A stretch of 32,000 bases of DNA from Candidatus Methylomirabilis oxygeniifera (GTDB lineage Bacteria; Methylomirabilota; Methylomirabilia; Methylomirabilales; Methylomirabilaceae). A model generated the notes under the pieces. It was not told the DNA's origin, ran no database searches, and saw only the letters and a list, made by a program, of their open reading frames with translations. The position numbers and the translations under genes are program-made. The first letter of the stretch is position 1, and every line of letters begins with the position of its first letter. Location of the stretch: contig FP565575.1 of assembly GCA_000091165.1 (NCBI GenBank), positions 540,001 to 572,000 of the forward strand, in the 5' to 3' direction. This document shows, piece by piece, positions 31,140 to 32,000 of the stretch.

Positions 31140-31209
31140 AAGGCTGAAGGTTGTTCGGTAGTTCTCCTTCAGTCTTCAGTCTAAACGCCTAACTGCTGAG
31201 CGCTATTTT
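31140..31209. repeat. Heptamer-periodic spacer between rpsB and tsf
   Basis: AAGGCTG AAGGTTG TTCGGTA GTTCTCC TTCAGTC TTCAGTC TAAACGC CTAACTG CTGAGCG CTATTTT. CTGAAGG/CCTTCAG form a 7-bp stem. Confidence 0.55.
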
Positions 31210-31228
31210 CCAAGGAAAGAGGATAAGG

Positions 31229-31846
31229 ATGTCAGCGACAATTTCGGCGACGTTGGTAAGAGACTTGCGGGAAAGGACCGGCGTAGGGTTTATGGAGTGT
31301 AAGACCGCGCTGGTCGAGGCGGAAGGGAATCTGGAGAAAGCCACGACGCTCCTCCGTGAAAAGGGGTTAGCGTCGGCCTCAAAAAAGATGGGGCGAACGG
31401 CCTCTGACGGCCTGGTAATTTCGTACATTCATGGCGGTGGAAAGATCGGCGTGCTGTTGGAACTGAATTGTGAAACGGACTTCGTCGCCAAGACCGACGA
31501 GTTCGGAACGCTGGCCAAAGACCTGGCGATGCAGATAGCAGCCGCGAACCCGCAGTATGTCCGTCGAGAGGAGGTCCCGGCCGACATCCTCGAAAAAGAG
31601 AGAGGGATCTTCTTGGCGCAGGTGAAATCATCCGGTAAACCGGAAAAGGTGATCGAACAGATCGTCCAGGGGCGGATGGCAAAGTTCTTCAGCGAGGTCT
31701 GCCTCCAGGAACAGCCTTTTATCAAGACACCTGACGTCAAGGTCGAGGATCGGATCAAAGAGGTTATCGCCAAGGTCGGAGAGAATGTTGTCGTCCGACG
31801 CTTTTGCCGGTATCAATTAGGCGAGAAGGTGGAGTGCGGCGCGTAA
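31229..31846 (+). CDS. tsf: Translation elongation factor Ts (short ~200-aa form)
   Basis: ..[38 protein letters not shown].. (UBA-like N-domain) and ..[17 protein letters not shown]... Confidence 0.95.
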   Translation: MSATISATLVRDLRERTGVGFMECKTALVEAEGNLEKATTLLREKGLASASKKMGRTASDGLVISYIHGGGKIGVLLELNCETDFVAKTDEFGTLAKDLAMQIAAANPQYVRREEVPADILEKERGIFLAQVKSSGKPEKVIEQIVQGRMAKFFSEVCLQEQPFIKTPDVKVEDRIKEVIAKVGENVVVRRFCRYQLGEKVECGA

Positions 31847-31892
31847 TCCAACAGCGCACTCGGCCTCCGCGGACTTCCACGAAGGTAACGCG

Positions 31893-32000
31893 ATGGAGAC
31901 GCTGAAGTACAAGCGGATCATGTTGAAGGTCAGCGGCGAGGCTCTTGCCGGCGATGAAAGGTTCGGGATCAGCCCCAAGGTATTGAGCTTTCTGGCCGAT
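31893..32000 (+). CDS. pyrH: UMP kinase, N-terminal 36 codons (continues beyond window end)
   Basis: [36 protein letters not shown] matches the PyrH N-terminus (..LKLSGEAL..). The conserved rpsB-tsf-pyrH order supports the call. Confidence 0.85.
   Translation, partial: METLKYKRIMLKVSGEALAGDERFGISPKVLSFLAD

Overview
Chromosomal window from a moderately GC-rich bacterium. The taxon cannot be fixed from sequence alone; gene content and repeats suggest an uncultivated lineage. No single obviously new multi-gene system stands out; the strongest leads are listed at the end.

Layout:
- 1-2.8 kb: a minus-strand stack of type II toxin-antitoxin loci (hicAB, a higA with only a higB stump, an antitoxin plus frameshifted parE-like toxin, an intact higBA). 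These are interleaved with two gene relics, the tail of an IntI-type tyrosine recombinase and the tail of DnaE2. Two ~110-nt direct repeats each carry a TTGACA-N17 promoter aimed at a TA operon.
- 3-7.6 kb: PBP1A, tRNA-Glu(CUC), then a more AT-rich accessory patch (DUF985 cupin, unknown 2-TM protein, brnTA).
- 7.8-17.2 kb: one plus-strand operon. It encodes acyl-CoA dehydrogenase, EtfB, EtfA, a membrane HdrD/DsrK-like Fe-S oxidoreductase (apparent 1-nt frameshift), a split B12 acyl-CoA mutase, a thiolase-fold protein apparently lacking the nucleophilic Cys, and a DUF35 protein. The mutase has the Phe/Gln (isobutyryl-CoA mutase-type) rather than Tyr/Arg signature.
- 17.2-21.1 kb: a mosaic of three modules (Y1-transposase relic, MazG-like gene, exeA/gspB pair) delimited by copies of an ATAGGGACAG-type motif.
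- 21.1-32 kb: housekeeping genes (ABM protein, valS, birA, coaX, tatA with a zinc-ribbon tail, rplM-rpsI, argC, argJ, rpsB-tsf, start of pyrH).

The most pervasive unannotated structure is at least ten intergenic spacers built from tandem 7-nt units (STRR-like), often as inverted arrays. At least three other palindromic repeat families are also present.

Strongest leads: the heptamer spacer architecture, the motif-delimited modules, the decayed recombinase/TA region, and the unusual mutase/thiolase-like chemistry of the ETF operon.
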